Positions 31,055-41,184 of a stretch of DNA of 64,000 bases are shown piece after piece. The notes beneath the pieces were generated by a model. The model did not search any database. It worked only from the letters and a program-made list of their open reading frames with translations, and was not told where the DNA came from. Both the position numbers and the translations under genes were made by a program. Within the stretch, counting starts at the first letter, position 1, and each line of letters starts with the position of its first letter. This DNA is from Acidobacteriota bacterium (GTDB taxonomy: Bacteria > Acidobacteriota > Thermoanaerobaculia > Thermoanaerobaculales > Sulfomarinibacteraceae), in the NCBI GenBank assembly GCA_022340775.1, contig JAJDNH010000029.1, forward strand, positions 1,653-65,652. Reading direction: 5' to 3'.

Positions 31055-32403
31055 AAGCCTCACGCCTGCTCGCTGCATGTGCGCTCGCGGCCGTCCCACT
31101 GACGACCGCCGCCGGCGGCGCCGACACCCCTGCGGCGCTCACCCTGTCACAGGCGTTGCAACGGGTCGCCAAGAGCTCGCAGGCCTCGGCCGATCGCGAC
31201 CTTGACGTTGCGGCGTCCCGCCAGCTGACCCGTCAGACCCGCGCCTCCCTCTACCCCACGCTCGACATCTCTGGGGGTTTCACGGATCGGGACAGCCCCG
31301 CGATCGCCGTGTTCGGCGACTTCGAGGCACCTCTGAATGACAACACGTACCTGCAGTACCAGGTCTCGGCCCGGTATCTGTTGTGGGACGGTGGTTTGCG
31401 GAGGTCGTCGATCGCGGCGGCGCAAGCTCTGGAGGACGTCGCCGGTGACGCCGGCGATGTCCGTATCGTCGGCGCGCAGCTCGAGGGCATGGGGGCCTAC
31501 CTGCAGGCGATGATGGCTAAGGCCCGGCAGGCGGCGGTGGCGAAGCGGATCGACGCGGTCCAGGGCCACCTGAAGGTCGTGCAAGACATGTTCGGGCAGG
31601 GGATGGTGGCGCGCAACGACCTCTTGGAGACCGAGGTGAGGCTGCGCACCGTCAAGGACCGGGCGCTCGAGCTGACCGACCAGGAAGACGCGGCGGTGCG
31701 GGAGCTCGAGCGGCTCATGGGGGAGGCACCGGGCGGCACCATGTCACTGCCAGACCGCCTGCCGCCGCCGCCGCCCCTCGGCGGATCGCGCGACGAGCTG
31801 GTCAAGGACGCGCTCGACAGCAACCCGCTGATCCGGGCTGCGCAGGCCAAAGTCACGGCCGCCGCCAAGCAGGCGGCGCTGCAGCAGCTCACGGGCCGCC
31901 CCAAGGTGTTTGCGGAGGCGGCACATACCTACGAGCAAAACCCGTACATGCTGTACCCCAACGCGAACTACATCTTCCTCGGCTTCTCCTGGAACTTGTT
32001 CGACGGCGGCACTCGAACCACCCAGCGAGAGCGGGCGTCGCTCGAGGTCGCCAAGGCACAGCGGGCGCTCGAGGAGGCGCGTCGCCAGGCCTCCAACGGC
32101 GTCGACAAAGCGTATCGGGAGTACCGCCAGGCGCTGCGAGAGGCGAAGACCGCCCGGGCCAACGTGGCCGCGGCCGAGGAGAACCTGCGCATCGAGGAGG
32201 ACCAGTACCGCGCCGGCCTCGCCAAGACCACCGACGTTCTCGACGCGGAGGCGCTCTTGGCCGAGAGCCGCTTCACCTTGATCGCCCAGCACTACAACGC
32301 CTACCTCAAGCAAGGCCGCTTGCTCGCGTTCTCGGGCAAGAACCTGGTCGAGTTCTACAGCAGCCTGGCGCCGAGCACCGAAGCCAAAGGAGCAAGCTCA
32401 TGA
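31051..32403 (+). CDS. TolC-family outer membrane efflux protein
   Basis: GTGA overlap with the TetR stop. Signal peptide LLAACALAAVPLTTAAG. Two coiled repeat halves are typical of the OEP family. Confidence 0.85.
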   Translation: MKASRLLAACALAAVPLTTAAGGADTPAALTLSQALQRVAKSSQASADRDLDVAASRQLTRQTRASLYPTLDISGGFTDRDSPAIAVFGDFEAPLNDNTYLQYQVSARYLLWDGGLRRSSIAAAQALEDVAGDAGDVRIVGAQLEGMGAYLQAMMAKARQAAVAKRIDAVQGHLKVVQDMFGQGMVARNDLLETEVRLRTVKDRALELTDQEDAAVRELERLMGEAPGGTMSLPDRLPPPPPLGGSRDELVKDALDSNPLIRAAQAKVTAAAKQAALQQLTGRPKVFAEAAHTYEQNPYMLYPNANYIFLGFSWNLFDGGTRTTQRERASLEVAKAQRALEEARRQASNGVDKAYREYRQALREAKTARANVAAAEENLRIEEDQYRAGLAKTTDVLDAEALLAESRFTLIAQHYNAYLKQGRLLAFSGKNLVEFYSSLAPSTEAKGASS

Positions 32404-33458
32404 AGAAGTGGATCGGCCTGGCGGTGATCCTGCTGTTCATCGGCGGCGGGGTCGTGACGTGGTTCTTCTACTGGAAGAACGCCCGCCTGTACCCGAGTAC
32501 CGAGGATGCATACGTGGCCGGCGACGTCTACCAGATCTCGTCAAGGATCCCGGGCACGGTTCTGACCCTCGACGTCGACGACAACCAGCCGGTGGCGGAG
32601 GGTCAGGTGGTGGCGACGATCGATCCCGAGCCGTACGACAGCGAGGTCGACCAGGCAAGGGCGGCGCTGGCACAGGCCCGCACGGTTCCGGCAACCAACC
32701 GGGCGAAGATCGCTCAGGCCAAGGCCGACGTCGAAGCGGCGGCCAGCGACCTCGAGCTGGCACGGGCCGACCTCGCCCGCTTCACGGAGCTCGTGCAGCG
32801 GAACTCGATCCCGAAGCGGGCTTACGATCAGGCGGTCGCTGCCGAGCAGGTGGCCGCCGCCCGGCTCGCGGCCAAGCAGAAGGCGCAGGCCGCGGCCGAG
32901 GCGAGTCTCGACGTGAGCGAGAAGGACGTGAAGCGGGCCGAGACCGCCCTGGCGGCGGCGCAGCTCCGGCGCTCCTACTGCACGATTCGCGTCCCGGTAG
33001 CCGGCATCGTCAGCGAGAGCACTGCGCATGAGGGACAGGTGGTGGCTCCGGGCCAGCCGCTGTTCGCGGTCGTCCCGCTGCACGGGGATCACCTCTGGAT
33101 CGAGGCCAACTTCAAGGAGACACAGCTGGCCAGGATCCGACCGGGCCAGCCGGTCAGTTTCTACACCGACGTCAACCCGGACCAGAAGTACCACGGCACC
33201 GTCGAGAGCCTCAGCGCGGGTACCGGGGCCGCCTTCTCTCTGCTGCCGCCGGAGAACGCGACCGGCAACTGGGTCAAGGTCGTGCAACGACTGCCGGTCC
33301 GTATCGCCGTGGACCCGGCCTCGGCCGCCGGTCAGACCCTCCGCCTCGGGCTTTCCGTTCACGTGACCGTTGACACGGCGGCCGGCGACCGGTCAGGCCC
33401 GGAACAGAGCCCGGAGAGGACGGAGAAGGCGGGGGATGGCGGAAGCAGCTCCCAGTAA
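32400..33458 (+). CDS. HlyD/EmrA-family membrane fusion protein
   Basis: N-terminal TM helix. Lipoyl-like segments GQVVATIDPEPY and VPVAGIVSE flank a long coiled coil. Confidence 0.9.
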   Translation: MKKWIGLAVILLFIGGGVVTWFFYWKNARLYPSTEDAYVAGDVYQISSRIPGTVLTLDVDDNQPVAEGQVVATIDPEPYDSEVDQARAALAQARTVPATNRAKIAQAKADVEAAASDLELARADLARFTELVQRNSIPKRAYDQAVAAEQVAAARLAAKQKAQAAAEASLDVSEKDVKRAETALAAAQLRRSYCTIRVPVAGIVSESTAHEGQVVAPGQPLFAVVPLHGDHLWIEANFKETQLARIRPGQPVSFYTDVNPDQKYHGTVESLSAGTGAAFSLLPPENATGNWVKVVQRLPVRIAVDPASAAGQTLRLGLSVHVTVDTAAGDRSGPEQSPERTEKAGDGGSSSQ

Positions 33459-34995
33459 GTACCTGATCGCCGTCACGGCGATGATCGGCACCCTGATGGA
33501 GGTCATCGACACCTCGGTGGCCAACGTGTCGCTGCCCCACATGCAGGGCACGTTCTCGGCCGGCGTCGACGAGGTGACCTGGGTCATCACGTCGTACCTG
33601 GTGGCCAACGCGATCATCCTCCCGATCACCGGTTGGCTGGGCAACTACTTTGGGCGCAAGCGCTTCTACATCACCTGCCTGGCCGTGTTCACGCTCGCAT
33701 CGCTGGGCTCGGGATCAGCGCCGACCCTGCCCTTTTTGATCATCATGCGCGTGCTGCAGGGGTTCGCAGGCGGTGCCATGGTGCCCATGTCGCAGGCCAT
33801 CCTGCTGGAGTCGTTCCCGAAGGAGGAGCACGGCAAGGCGATGGCGATGTTCGGCGTCGGGGTGGTGTTCGGCCCGATCATTGGGCCGACTCTCGGCGGC
33901 TACATCACCGATACCATGACCTGGCGCTGGGTCTTCTACATCAACCTCCCGGCCGGCGTCCTCGGGATTCTGCTGGCCCTCCTGATCATCAAGGACCCGC
34001 CGTACCTGCAGCGGCCCAAGGGACGCGTGGACTACTGGAGCTTCGCTTTCATCGCCCTCGGGCTCGGCTCGCTCGAAGTGATGCTCAACCGCGGCCAGCG
34101 CTACGACTGGTTCCACAGCAACTTTGTCACCTTCTTTGCGTTGTGCGCGGTGCTGGGCCTGGCGCTGTTCGTTTGGCGTTCCTTGACAGCCGCCAACCCG
34201 CTGGTGGACCTGAGGCTATTCGGGAACCGCGAGTTCGCGAGCGGCACCTTCTTGATGTTCTTGCTCGGCTTCGGCCTTTATGGCTCGTTCACGATGTTGC
34301 CGTTGTTCGCACAGAAGCTGATGGGCTACACCGCGACCTGGGCCGGGCTCGTGCTGTCGCCGGGCGGCATCGCGTCGCTCGTTGCGATGGTCTTTGTCGG
34401 CAACCTGGTGGGCAAGGTCGACACGCGCCTGCTGGTGCTGGTCGGCGCGCTGTTCAACATCGCCTCACTGTGGCTTCTCCACGACCTCAACCTGCAGGTG
34501 GACTTCTTCTTCCTGATGATGTCGCGGCTGCTGCAAGGGTTCGGCCTCGGCTTCCTCTTCGTCCCGATCACCGCCGCCGCCTTCGTACGGCTGTCGCGAC
34601 AGCAGACCGGCCAGGGAACCGGCCTCTTCAACCTGTTCCGCAACGAGGGCGGTTCGGTCGGCATTGCGATGGCCGCGACCGTGCTGGCGCGGCGAGCCCA
34701 GCACCATCAGACGCACCTCGTGGAGCACCTGACACCGTACTCACAGGTCTTCCAGCACCGGATGGCCGATGCCACCCAGGCCCTCCTCGCCACCTCCGGC
34801 CGCGACCCGGTCACCAGCCACAACCTCGCCGAGGGCATCATGTACGGAATCGTGCGGCAGCAGGCGGGCGCCATGGCCTATGTCGACGTCTTCTTCATGC
34901 TCACGATCGCGTTCGTGGCCTTTCTGCCGTTCATCCTCCTGCTGGCGGGCAGAAACGGCCGCTCCACGCCCGAGGAGCTGCGGGAGGAGGCGTAA
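33436..34995 (+). CDS. DHA2-family MFS efflux permease (EmrB/QacA-like, 14 TM)
   Basis: Segment SVANVSLPHMQGTFSAGVDEVTWVITSYLVANAIILPITGWLGNYFGRKRFY. 14 hydrophobic segments. Confidence 0.9.
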   Translation: MAEAAPSKYLIAVTAMIGTLMEVIDTSVANVSLPHMQGTFSAGVDEVTWVITSYLVANAIILPITGWLGNYFGRKRFYITCLAVFTLASLGSGSAPTLPFLIIMRVLQGFAGGAMVPMSQAILLESFPKEEHGKAMAMFGVGVVFGPIIGPTLGGYITDTMTWRWVFYINLPAGVLGILLALLIIKDPPYLQRPKGRVDYWSFAFIALGLGSLEVMLNRGQRYDWFHSNFVTFFALCAVLGLALFVWRSLTAANPLVDLRLFGNREFASGTFLMFLLGFGLYGSFTMLPLFAQKLMGYTATWAGLVLSPGGIASLVAMVFVGNLVGKVDTRLLVLVGALFNIASLWLLHDLNLQVDFFFLMMSRLLQGFGLGFLFVPITAAAFVRLSRQQTGQGTGLFNLFRNEGGSVGIAMAATVLARRAQHHQTHLVEHLTPYSQVFQHRMADATQALLATSGRDPVTSHNLAEGIMYGIVRQQAGAMAYVDVFFMLTIAFVAFLPFILLLAGRNGRSTPEELREEA

Positions 34996-35003
34996 CCGGC
35001 TGT

Positions 35004-35021
35004 CGCCCATGGGAATGGGCG
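35004..35021 (+). terminator. stem-loop after the efflux operon (CGCCCAT-GGGA-ATGGGCG)
   Basis: A 7-bp perfect stem with a 4-nt loop lies 9 nt after the stop codon. There is no U-tract, so the terminator role is uncertain. Confidence 0.25.
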
Positions 35022-35107
35022 ATGGCTATCGAACGGTTGTCACGGCTAGGACGACCGGTCATCAGGGAGTATAGTCTCTGCTGGATGGCGGTGCACGGGT
35101 TCGCTGT

Positions 35108-38100
35108 GTGCTGTTTGGGAAATCGTCGGGATGTCGGGGGTGCCGGAAAGGCAGAGTGCAGTTGCTTGGTCCGCTGCAAGTGCTGATCCTCGCGGCACGG
35201 CCCGAGGATGCCGAGCTGATGCTGGCAGAGCTTCGCCGCCAGGGGGTCGCGGTCGAAGCGGTCGTGGCTGACAACGAGGACCGCCTTCGCGCCGCGCTCG
35301 ACCGGCGCCTCGACGTCATCCTCGCCAACTCCGCCCTGCCCTCGTTCAACGCGCTGAAGGCACTGGAAGTGATCGCCGCCACCGGTCTCGAGATACCGCT
35401 GATCGTCGTCTCCGGCGGAATCGACGAGCAGAACGCCGTCGAATGCATCAAGCGCGGCGCGGTCGACTACCTCCTCAAGGACGACCTGGGACGGCTCGGC
35501 GCGGCTGTACGCCAGGCCGTCGCACGACAGCGCCGCCGTGAGCGGACGAGGCGAACCGACAACGCGCTGCGGGACAGCCAGGCTGAGCTCAACGCGGTGT
35601 TCGAAAGCGCGCCGGTCGCAATCTTCCTTGTGGATGCCGAGAGGCGGATCGTGAAGGCCAACCGCGCCGCCGGGGAGCTCACCGGTCATCAGCTCCATGA
35701 CTTGGTGGGACGCCTCACCGGCAACGCCCTAGGTTGTCTCCACTCCCTCGACGATCCGCGCGGCTGTGGCTTCGGTCCCGACTGCCCCCGATGCGTGGTG
35801 CGCTGGGCCGTGCTCGACACCATCGAAACCGGCACGTCGCACTCCGGAGTGGAGTGGGTGGCGCCGGTCCAGCGCGGAGATGCCGTGGAGCCCCGCAGCC
35901 TGCTGATCTCCTCGGCGCCGGTCGAGACGTCACGGGGACGGCTGGTGATCGTGTCGGCAGCTGACATCACCGAGCGCCAGGCCGCCGAGGAGCGCCTGCA
36001 CTTCCTGAACCGCGTCCTGCGCACGATCCGCAGGGTCAACCACCTGATCGTCCACGAGCACGACCGCGAACGCCTGCTCGCCGAGACCTGCCGCATTGCG
36101 GTCGAGGAGGGCGGGTTCCGGATGGCCTGGATCGGCCGCGTAGACCGAGCCACCGAGACCGTTGAGCCGGTCGCGTCCGCCGGCTACGAGGCCGGGTACA
36201 CGGAGCTCGTCGGCATCCGCCTCGACGACTCGGCACACGGCCACGGCCCGTGCGGCACGGCGGTGCGGGAGGGCCGAGCGGCGGTCGTCGACGACACGGC
36301 GACTAACGAGTCGTTCGCGCCCTGGAGGAAGGCCGCCCAGCAGCGAGGTTACCGCTCGGTCGGCTCGTTTCCAATCCTGGTCGGGGGGCACACCTGGGGA
36401 GCCATGAACGTCTACGCCGATCGGCCGTCGACCTTCGGAGACCAGGTCGTGGCGATGTTCGAGGAACTGAGCGGCGATCTTGGCTTCGCGTTGCTTTCTC
36501 TCGAGACCGAACAGCGACGGGTACGCGCGGAGGAAGCCCTCGCCGCCTCCGAGGAGAGGTACCGCGAGCTGACCGACTTCCTCCCGCAGCCAATCTTCGA
36601 AACGGATTCGAAAGGCAGGGTACTGTTCGCCAACGAGACTGCGTTTCGGATGTTCGGGTTTTCGAGGGAGGAAGCCAGGAAAGGCCTATCGCTCTCGGAT
36701 GTACTGCTGCCGGAGGACCGCGACGACGCACGCCGGCGGATGGCACGGCTGGCCGCGGGTGAAAGAGTGGGTATCCGTGAGTACTCGGTCGTTCGCAAAG
36801 ACGGCACCACGTTTCCGGCCCTGATCTACAACTCTCCTATCGTTCGCGACCGGCAGGTGGTCGGCTTCCGGGGTCTCATTGTCGACATCACGGATCGCAA
36901 GCAGGCCGAGGAAGAGCTGGCCGCCTCGGAGCACCAGTACCGGGTGCTGTTCGAGGGCGCTAACGACGCCATCATCATCTTCGAGCCAGACACCGAGGTC
37001 ATTCTCGAGGCCAACCCCCGCGCCTGCGAGCTGTACGGCCTCCCGCACGAGGAGCTCGTCGGGATGAGCTTGAAGACGCTCAGCGAGAACGTCGCCCGGG
37101 GCGAGGCGCAGATCCGAGAGCTGTTGCGCGAGGGCGGACTGCGGAACTTCGAGACTGTCCAGCTTGGCAGTGATGGATCGCCGATCCACCTCCTGGTCAA
37201 CTCCTCGGTCATCGACTACGGCGGACGCCCAGCAATCCTCAGCATCAACCGCGATGTCACCGATCTCCACCGGCTCGAGGAGCAGCTGCGTCAGTCGCAG
37301 AAGATGGAGGCCGTGGGACGTCTCGCCGGCGGCGTCGCCCACGACTTCAACAACCTGCTCCAGGCAATGCTGCTGCAGGCGCAGGTGCTGAGCATCGCGC
37401 CCGGAGACCAGCGTTCGGTCGCTTCCACGGCGGAGGAGCTCGAGGAGCAGATCCAACGGGGCGCCTCCCTCACGCGGCAGCTGCTGCTGTTCTCGCGCCG
37501 CGAGGCGAGCCGGACCGAGACGCTTGACCTCAACGAGGTGGTCGACGACGGCGTCAAGCTTCTTCGCCGCCTGCTGCGAGAGAACATCCGCCTCACGCTC
37601 GAGACGGCGGAGGGCCAGCTCCCCGTCAAGGCCGACCGTGGCCAGCTCGGGCAGGTCCTGATGAACCTGACGATCAACGCCGGCGACGCGATACCCGACC
37701 GCGGCGTGGTCACGATACGGTCCGGCTCGGCCGACGGCGAGATGGTCTGGCTGGAGGTCAGCGACACCGGCGAGGGCATCCCGGAGGAGGCCCGCGACAA
37801 GCTGTTCGAGCCGTTCTTCACCACCAAGGAGGCCGGCAAGGGCACCGGTCTCGGGCTGTCGGTCGTGCACGGGATCGTCACTCGCCACGGCGGCCGCATC
37901 GAGGTCGAGAGCGCTCCCGGCAAGGGCAGTACGTTCCGTGTGCTGCTGCCCCGAGCGGTCTCGACACCGACTAGGCTTGACAGCAACCGGGAACAACAAC
38001 TGCCGCGAGGCAGCGGAGAGCGAGTCCTGCTTGTGGAGGACGAGGATCTGGCCCGCGAGACGTTCGAGAAGATGCTCACCGAGCTCGGCTACGAGGTCAT

Positions 38101-38377
38101 GGCCGCGGCCAGCGCAGAGGCGGTGGATGACCTCGCTCCCAACGGACCGTTTGACTTGCTCCTCACAGACCTCGTGCTGCCAACGATCTCGGGCGCCCAG
38201 CTGGCGAAGAAGCTCGCAGCCCGCTGGCCGGCGATGAAGGTCATCCTCATGTCCGGCTACACGGAGGACCAGGAGGTCCGAGAGGCGATCGCAAGCGGGA
38301 CGATGCGCTTCCTTCAAAAACCCTACGGGCTCGCCACCCTTGCATGCGAGGTTCACGAGGCTCTCGCCGAGCCGTAG
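35108..38377 (+). CDS. hybrid sensor histidine kinase (pseudo-receiver, PAS, GAF, PAS, PAS, HisKA, HATPase, receiver)
   Basis: H-box VAHDFNNLL. ATPase boxes NLTINAGDA, DTGEGI and GTGLGLS. The C-terminal receiver is canonical (VEDED, LLLTDLVLP, LMSGY, LQKP). The N-terminal receiver-like domain has Asn at the phospho-acceptor site. The start is uncertain (GTG at 35108, TTG at 35162 or GTG at 35180). Confidence 0.9.
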   Translation: MLFGKSSGCRGCRKGRVQLLGPLQVLILAARPEDAELMLAELRRQGVAVEAVVADNEDRLRAALDRRLDVILANSALPSFNALKALEVIAATGLEIPLIVVSGGIDEQNAVECIKRGAVDYLLKDDLGRLGAAVRQAVARQRRRERTRRTDNALRDSQAELNAVFESAPVAIFLVDAERRIVKANRAAGELTGHQLHDLVGRLTGNALGCLHSLDDPRGCGFGPDCPRCVVRWAVLDTIETGTSHSGVEWVAPVQRGDAVEPRSLLISSAPVETSRGRLVIVSAADITERQAAEERLHFLNRVLRTIRRVNHLIVHEHDRERLLAETCRIAVEEGGFRMAWIGRVDRATETVEPVASAGYEAGYTELVGIRLDDSAHGHGPCGTAVREGRAAVVDDTATNESFAPWRKAAQQRGYRSVGSFPILVGGHTWGAMNVYADRPSTFGDQVVAMFEELSGDLGFALLSLETEQRRVRAEEALAASEERYRELTDFLPQPIFETDSKGRVLFANETAFRMFGFSREEARKGLSLSDVLLPEDRDDARRRMARLAAGERVGIREYSVVRKDGTTFPALIYNSPIVRDRQVVGFRGLIVDITDRKQAEEELAASEHQYRVLFEGANDAIIIFEPDTEVILEANPRACELYGLPHEELVGMSLKTLSENVARGEAQIRELLREGGLRNFETVQLGSDGSPIHLLVNSSVIDYGGRPAILSINRDVTDLHRLEEQLRQSQKMEAVGRLAGGVAHDFNNLLQAMLLQAQVLSIAPGDQRSVASTAEELEEQIQRGASLTRQLLLFSRREASRTETLDLNEVVDDGVKLLRRLLRENIRLTLETAEGQLPVKADRGQLGQVLMNLTINAGDAIPDRGVVTIRSGSADGEMVWLEVSDTGEGIPEEARDKLFEPFFTTKEAGKGTGLGLSVVHGIVTRHGGRIEVESAPGKGSTFRVLLPRAVSTPTRLDSNREQQLPRGSGERVLLVEDEDLARETFEKMLTELGYEVMAAASAEAVDDLAPNGPFDLLLTDLVLPTISGAQLAKKLAARWPAMKVILMSGYTEDQEVREAIASGTMRFLQKPYGLATLACEVHEALAEP

Positions 38378-38402
38378 GCCGCCCCTCGCGATCTGAATCG
38401 GT

Positions 38403-38786
38403 TCAGCGTCCGGTCTTTGCCATCATCGCCGCCAGGAAGCGCCTCTTGTTCTCGAGGATCTCTTCCTTGAGCGCCGCCACCTCGCCGCTCTGCAGTCTGG
38501 CCACCGGCCGGCCCCCGGTAAAGTGCTCGCGGACGATCTCGGCCACGTCCTCGACCTGGACCCGGGAGTACCACACGCCCTCGGGGTAGACGACCATGTT
38601 GGGGCCGCGCTCGCACAGCCCGAGGGAGCCGCAAGTCGTGATCTGGACATCGTCGTGCAGTCCGGCCTCGTGGACTTCCGAGCGCAGCGCCTCGAGCACT
38701 CGCTGGCCTCCCCTGGCCGCGCAGCACGGCATCTCGTCCGGCTTCTCCTGGGTGCACACATAAACGTGATACCTGAACGGCTCCAT
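38403..38786 (-). CDS. thioredoxin-like [2Fe-2S] ferredoxin
   Basis: Segments YHVYVCTQEKP...CCAARGG and TTCGSLGLCERGPNMVVYPEGVWY. Confidence 0.8.
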   Translation of the reverse strand: MEPFRYHVYVCTQEKPDEMPCCAARGGQRVLEALRSEVHEAGLHDDVQITTCGSLGLCERGPNMVVYPEGVWYSRVQVEDVAEIVREHFTGGRPVARLQSGEVAALKEEILENKRRFLAAMMAKTGR

Positions 38787-38849
38787 GACATCCCTCCCGC
38801 AAGGGGGCCGCGGTCCGGCTCGTGCTACCGCTCCCCCGCCGAATCTACT

Positions 38850-39665
38850 CTACTCCTTCTCGGCAGCCCACCGGCTCCGGGCCCGCACCACCTCCTGGCG
38901 GTCGGAGGTGCGGACCAGACTGTGCACGTAGCGACCGTCGGTGTCCCCTGAGCGGGCGACTCGGGCCTCGATGATGTCCCCAAGAGAGACCTCGGCCCGG
39001 AACTCGACCTCCAACTCGGCCGGCACACAGGAGGTCAAAGTCGAGGCCGGGACGGCGTCCAGCACCATGCGCACAAGGGCTACGTTGTTGACGTGATGGT
39101 TGACGTCCAGATCCGAGTGGCGGGCGGTAAAAACGGCGACCGGTTCGCCAGACTCGGCCGTGGGCAGCCTGGAGAAGTCATCCACCAGGGCCCTCCCCGG
39201 CGCGGCCTGTGCCAACGTCTCGATCTCCGCCGGAGGCCGGATCGGCCGGCGGGATGCCAGCTTCACGAGCAGCCATCCGGAGGTTGCGAGGACAACCTCT
39301 CCGCCGCTCTCATCAAGGGCCCGGAAATCGCGCACCGCGTACAGCCGATGGGCGCCCACCGGCCAGGTCAGGAGTCGGACCACCGAGCCCCACATCGGCC
39401 ACGCCTGGAGGCGCAGGTGAAGCCGTGAAAGCACCCACGTCAGCCCGCTCTCCTCCAACTCCTCGATCGCCCAGCCGAGGGCCCGCGCGTGCTGCCCTGC
39501 AGCCTCCTGCAGCCAGTCGCACAGGGTCGGAGTGGCGAGATGCCCCCGCGGGTCGACTTCGTACGCCCGGACCTCGAACCGCTGCTCCCATACCGCAGGT
39601 GGCTCCATGTCGCCCTCCCGCAGCGGATGGTACCGCACGACCGCCCTCGCAGGGGGCCTTGACAT
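38850..39665 (-). CDS. acyl-ACP thioesterase family protein
   Basis: Segments FEVRAYEVDPRGH, LTWVLSRLHLRL, LLTWP and RHSDLDVNHHVNNVALV. The ATG at 39608 (RBS GGGAGGG) is a likely alternative start. Confidence 0.75.
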   Translation of the reverse strand: MSRPPARAVVRYHPLREGDMEPPAVWEQRFEVRAYEVDPRGHLATPTLCDWLQEAAGQHARALGWAIEELEESGLTWVLSRLHLRLQAWPMWGSVVRLLTWPVGAHRLYAVRDFRALDESGGEVVLATSGWLLVKLASRRPIRPPAEIETLAQAAPGRALVDDFSRLPTAESGEPVAVFTARHSDLDVNHHVNNVALVRMVLDAVPASTLTSCVPAELEVEFRAEVSLGDIIEARVARSGDTDGRYVHSLVRTSDRQEVVRARSRWAAEKE

Positions 39666-39689
39666 TCGTGCCGACCCGACTTATAACAT

Positions 39690-39705
39690 GACCGACTGGT
39701 CGGTC
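39690..39705. promoter_or_regulatory. perfect palindrome GACCGAC-TG-GTCGGTC in a divergent intergenic region (candidate TetR operator)
   Basis: 7-bp arms lie 30 nt upstream of the TetR gene at 39735. An AT-rich TTATAACAT lies adjacent. Confidence 0.35.
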
Positions 39706-39734
39706 GGATTATTGAGCCAGCCGAAAGAGGAGCC

Positions 39735-40388
39735 ATGACGCCACGACCACCAAGGCCGGATCTGAGGGATCAGAAGATGCGCGCCATCATCGAGGCGGCC
39801 GCCACCGTGTTCGCCGAGCACGGCTTCCGCGCCGCCCGCGTGGCCGACATCGCCGTCCGCGCCGGCATTGGCAAGGGCACCGTGTACGAGTACTTCCGCA
39901 GCAAGGAGGAGCTTTTCCTGGCCGTCTTCGACAGCTTCGCCGTAGGCACCCTCGAGGAAACCCTGGCACGACTGGAGCCGCGCCCTGCTTCCTCGATCGC
40001 GGTTCTCGAGAGGTTCGCTGACGCAACCCTCGGCGCCTGCCAGAAGGTCCTCTACCTCTACCCGCTGACGATGGAGTTCTGGTCAGCGGCAGCAACGCCC
40101 GAGTTCAAGGACAGCCTGATGGGAGAGTTCCGGAAGCTGTATGCGGGCTACCGGGAGGTTCTGGCAGGTGTCATCCGGGACGGCATGGCGGCGGGCGAGA
40201 TCAGGCCCGACGTCGACGCCCACCACGTGGCGGCAGCGCTGGTCGGCACCATCGATGCTCTCTTCCTGCAGGCGTGGTTCGACCCCGGCTTCGATGCAGA
40301 AGCGGCAGGACGGCACTTCGTTGCCGTGGTCCTGCGCGGGATAGCCGCGACTGACGCATCGGATCCCGCAAGCACGACGGAAAGGTAG
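39735..40388 (+). CDS. TetR-family transcriptional regulator
   Basis: HTH segment IIEAAATVFAEHGFRAARVADIAVRAGIGKGTVYEYFRSKEELF. Confidence 0.9.
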   Translation: MTPRPPRPDLRDQKMRAIIEAAATVFAEHGFRAARVADIAVRAGIGKGTVYEYFRSKEELFLAVFDSFAVGTLEETLARLEPRPASSIAVLERFADATLGACQKVLYLYPLTMEFWSAAATPEFKDSLMGEFRKLYAGYREVLAGVIRDGMAAGEIRPDVDAHHVAAALVGTIDALFLQAWFDPGFDAEAAGRHFVAVVLRGIAATDASDPASTTER

Positions 40389-40398
40389 GTAACGTACC

Positions 40399-41184
40399 GT
40401 GACTCGCAGCCTCCGATCGGGCCTCGTGGCCCTTGCTTTGATCCTGGCGGCCTTCGGCGCTCTGAAAGCCACGGCCGCTGCGGACGACCCCGCGACAATT
40501 GTCAAGGGAGCCATCGACTACTGGCGGGACGTCACCTCGTACACGGTGGTCGAGATGACCGTGCACCGCCCCGACTGGGAGCGTGCCTCCCTGATGCGGG
40601 CTTGGACGCGGGGTGAGAAGGACTCATTGGTCCGGTTCGTCAAGCCCGCCCGCGACGCGGGCAGCGCGACTCTCAAGGTCGGTGACGACATGTGGATCTT
40701 CTCGCCCAAGCTCAACCGCGTGATCAAGCTGCCGTTCAGCATGATGGCGCAGAGTTGGATGGGCTCGGACTTCTCCTACAACGACCTGGCTAAGTCGGAC
40801 CAGATCATCCACAACTTCACCCACCGCCTGGTCAAGACCGACAAGCAGGATGGCCACGCCGTGTATGTCATCGAGTCGACGCCGCTGCCGAACGCCCCGG
40901 TCATCTGGGGCAAGGAGAGGCTTCGCATCCGCGACGACCACCTGCTCTTGGAAGAGACATTCTTCGACCAGGACGGGAAGCCGGTCAAGCGGTTGAGCGC
41001 GGTCAAGATCGGCAGGCTCGGCGGCAAGGTGTACGTTACCTCCATGCGCATGGAGAAGTTGGACGAGGCCGACCACTGGACCGAGATCACATACCGCAAG
41101 GCTTCGTTCGGGCTGTCGCTGCCCGACGCGGTGTTCACCCTGTCGAACCTGCGCAACCCACGCCCCGGCTGGGAGCGGCCGTGA
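40399..41184 (+). CDS. periplasmic LolA-like outer-membrane lipoprotein-sorting family protein
   Basis: Signal peptide LVALALILAAFGALKATA. Segments MWIFSPKLNRVIKLP..SWMGSDFSYNDL are typical of the LolA-like family found with FtsX-type ABC systems. Confidence 0.7.
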   Translation: MTRSLRSGLVALALILAAFGALKATAAADDPATIVKGAIDYWRDVTSYTVVEMTVHRPDWERASLMRAWTRGEKDSLVRFVKPARDAGSATLKVGDDMWIFSPKLNRVIKLPFSMMAQSWMGSDFSYNDLAKSDQIIHNFTHRLVKTDKQDGHAVYVIESTPLPNAPVIWGKERLRIRDDHLLLEETFFDQDGKPVKRLSAVKIGRLGGKVYVTSMRMEKLDEADHWTEITYRKASFGLSLPDAVFTLSNLRNPRPGWERP

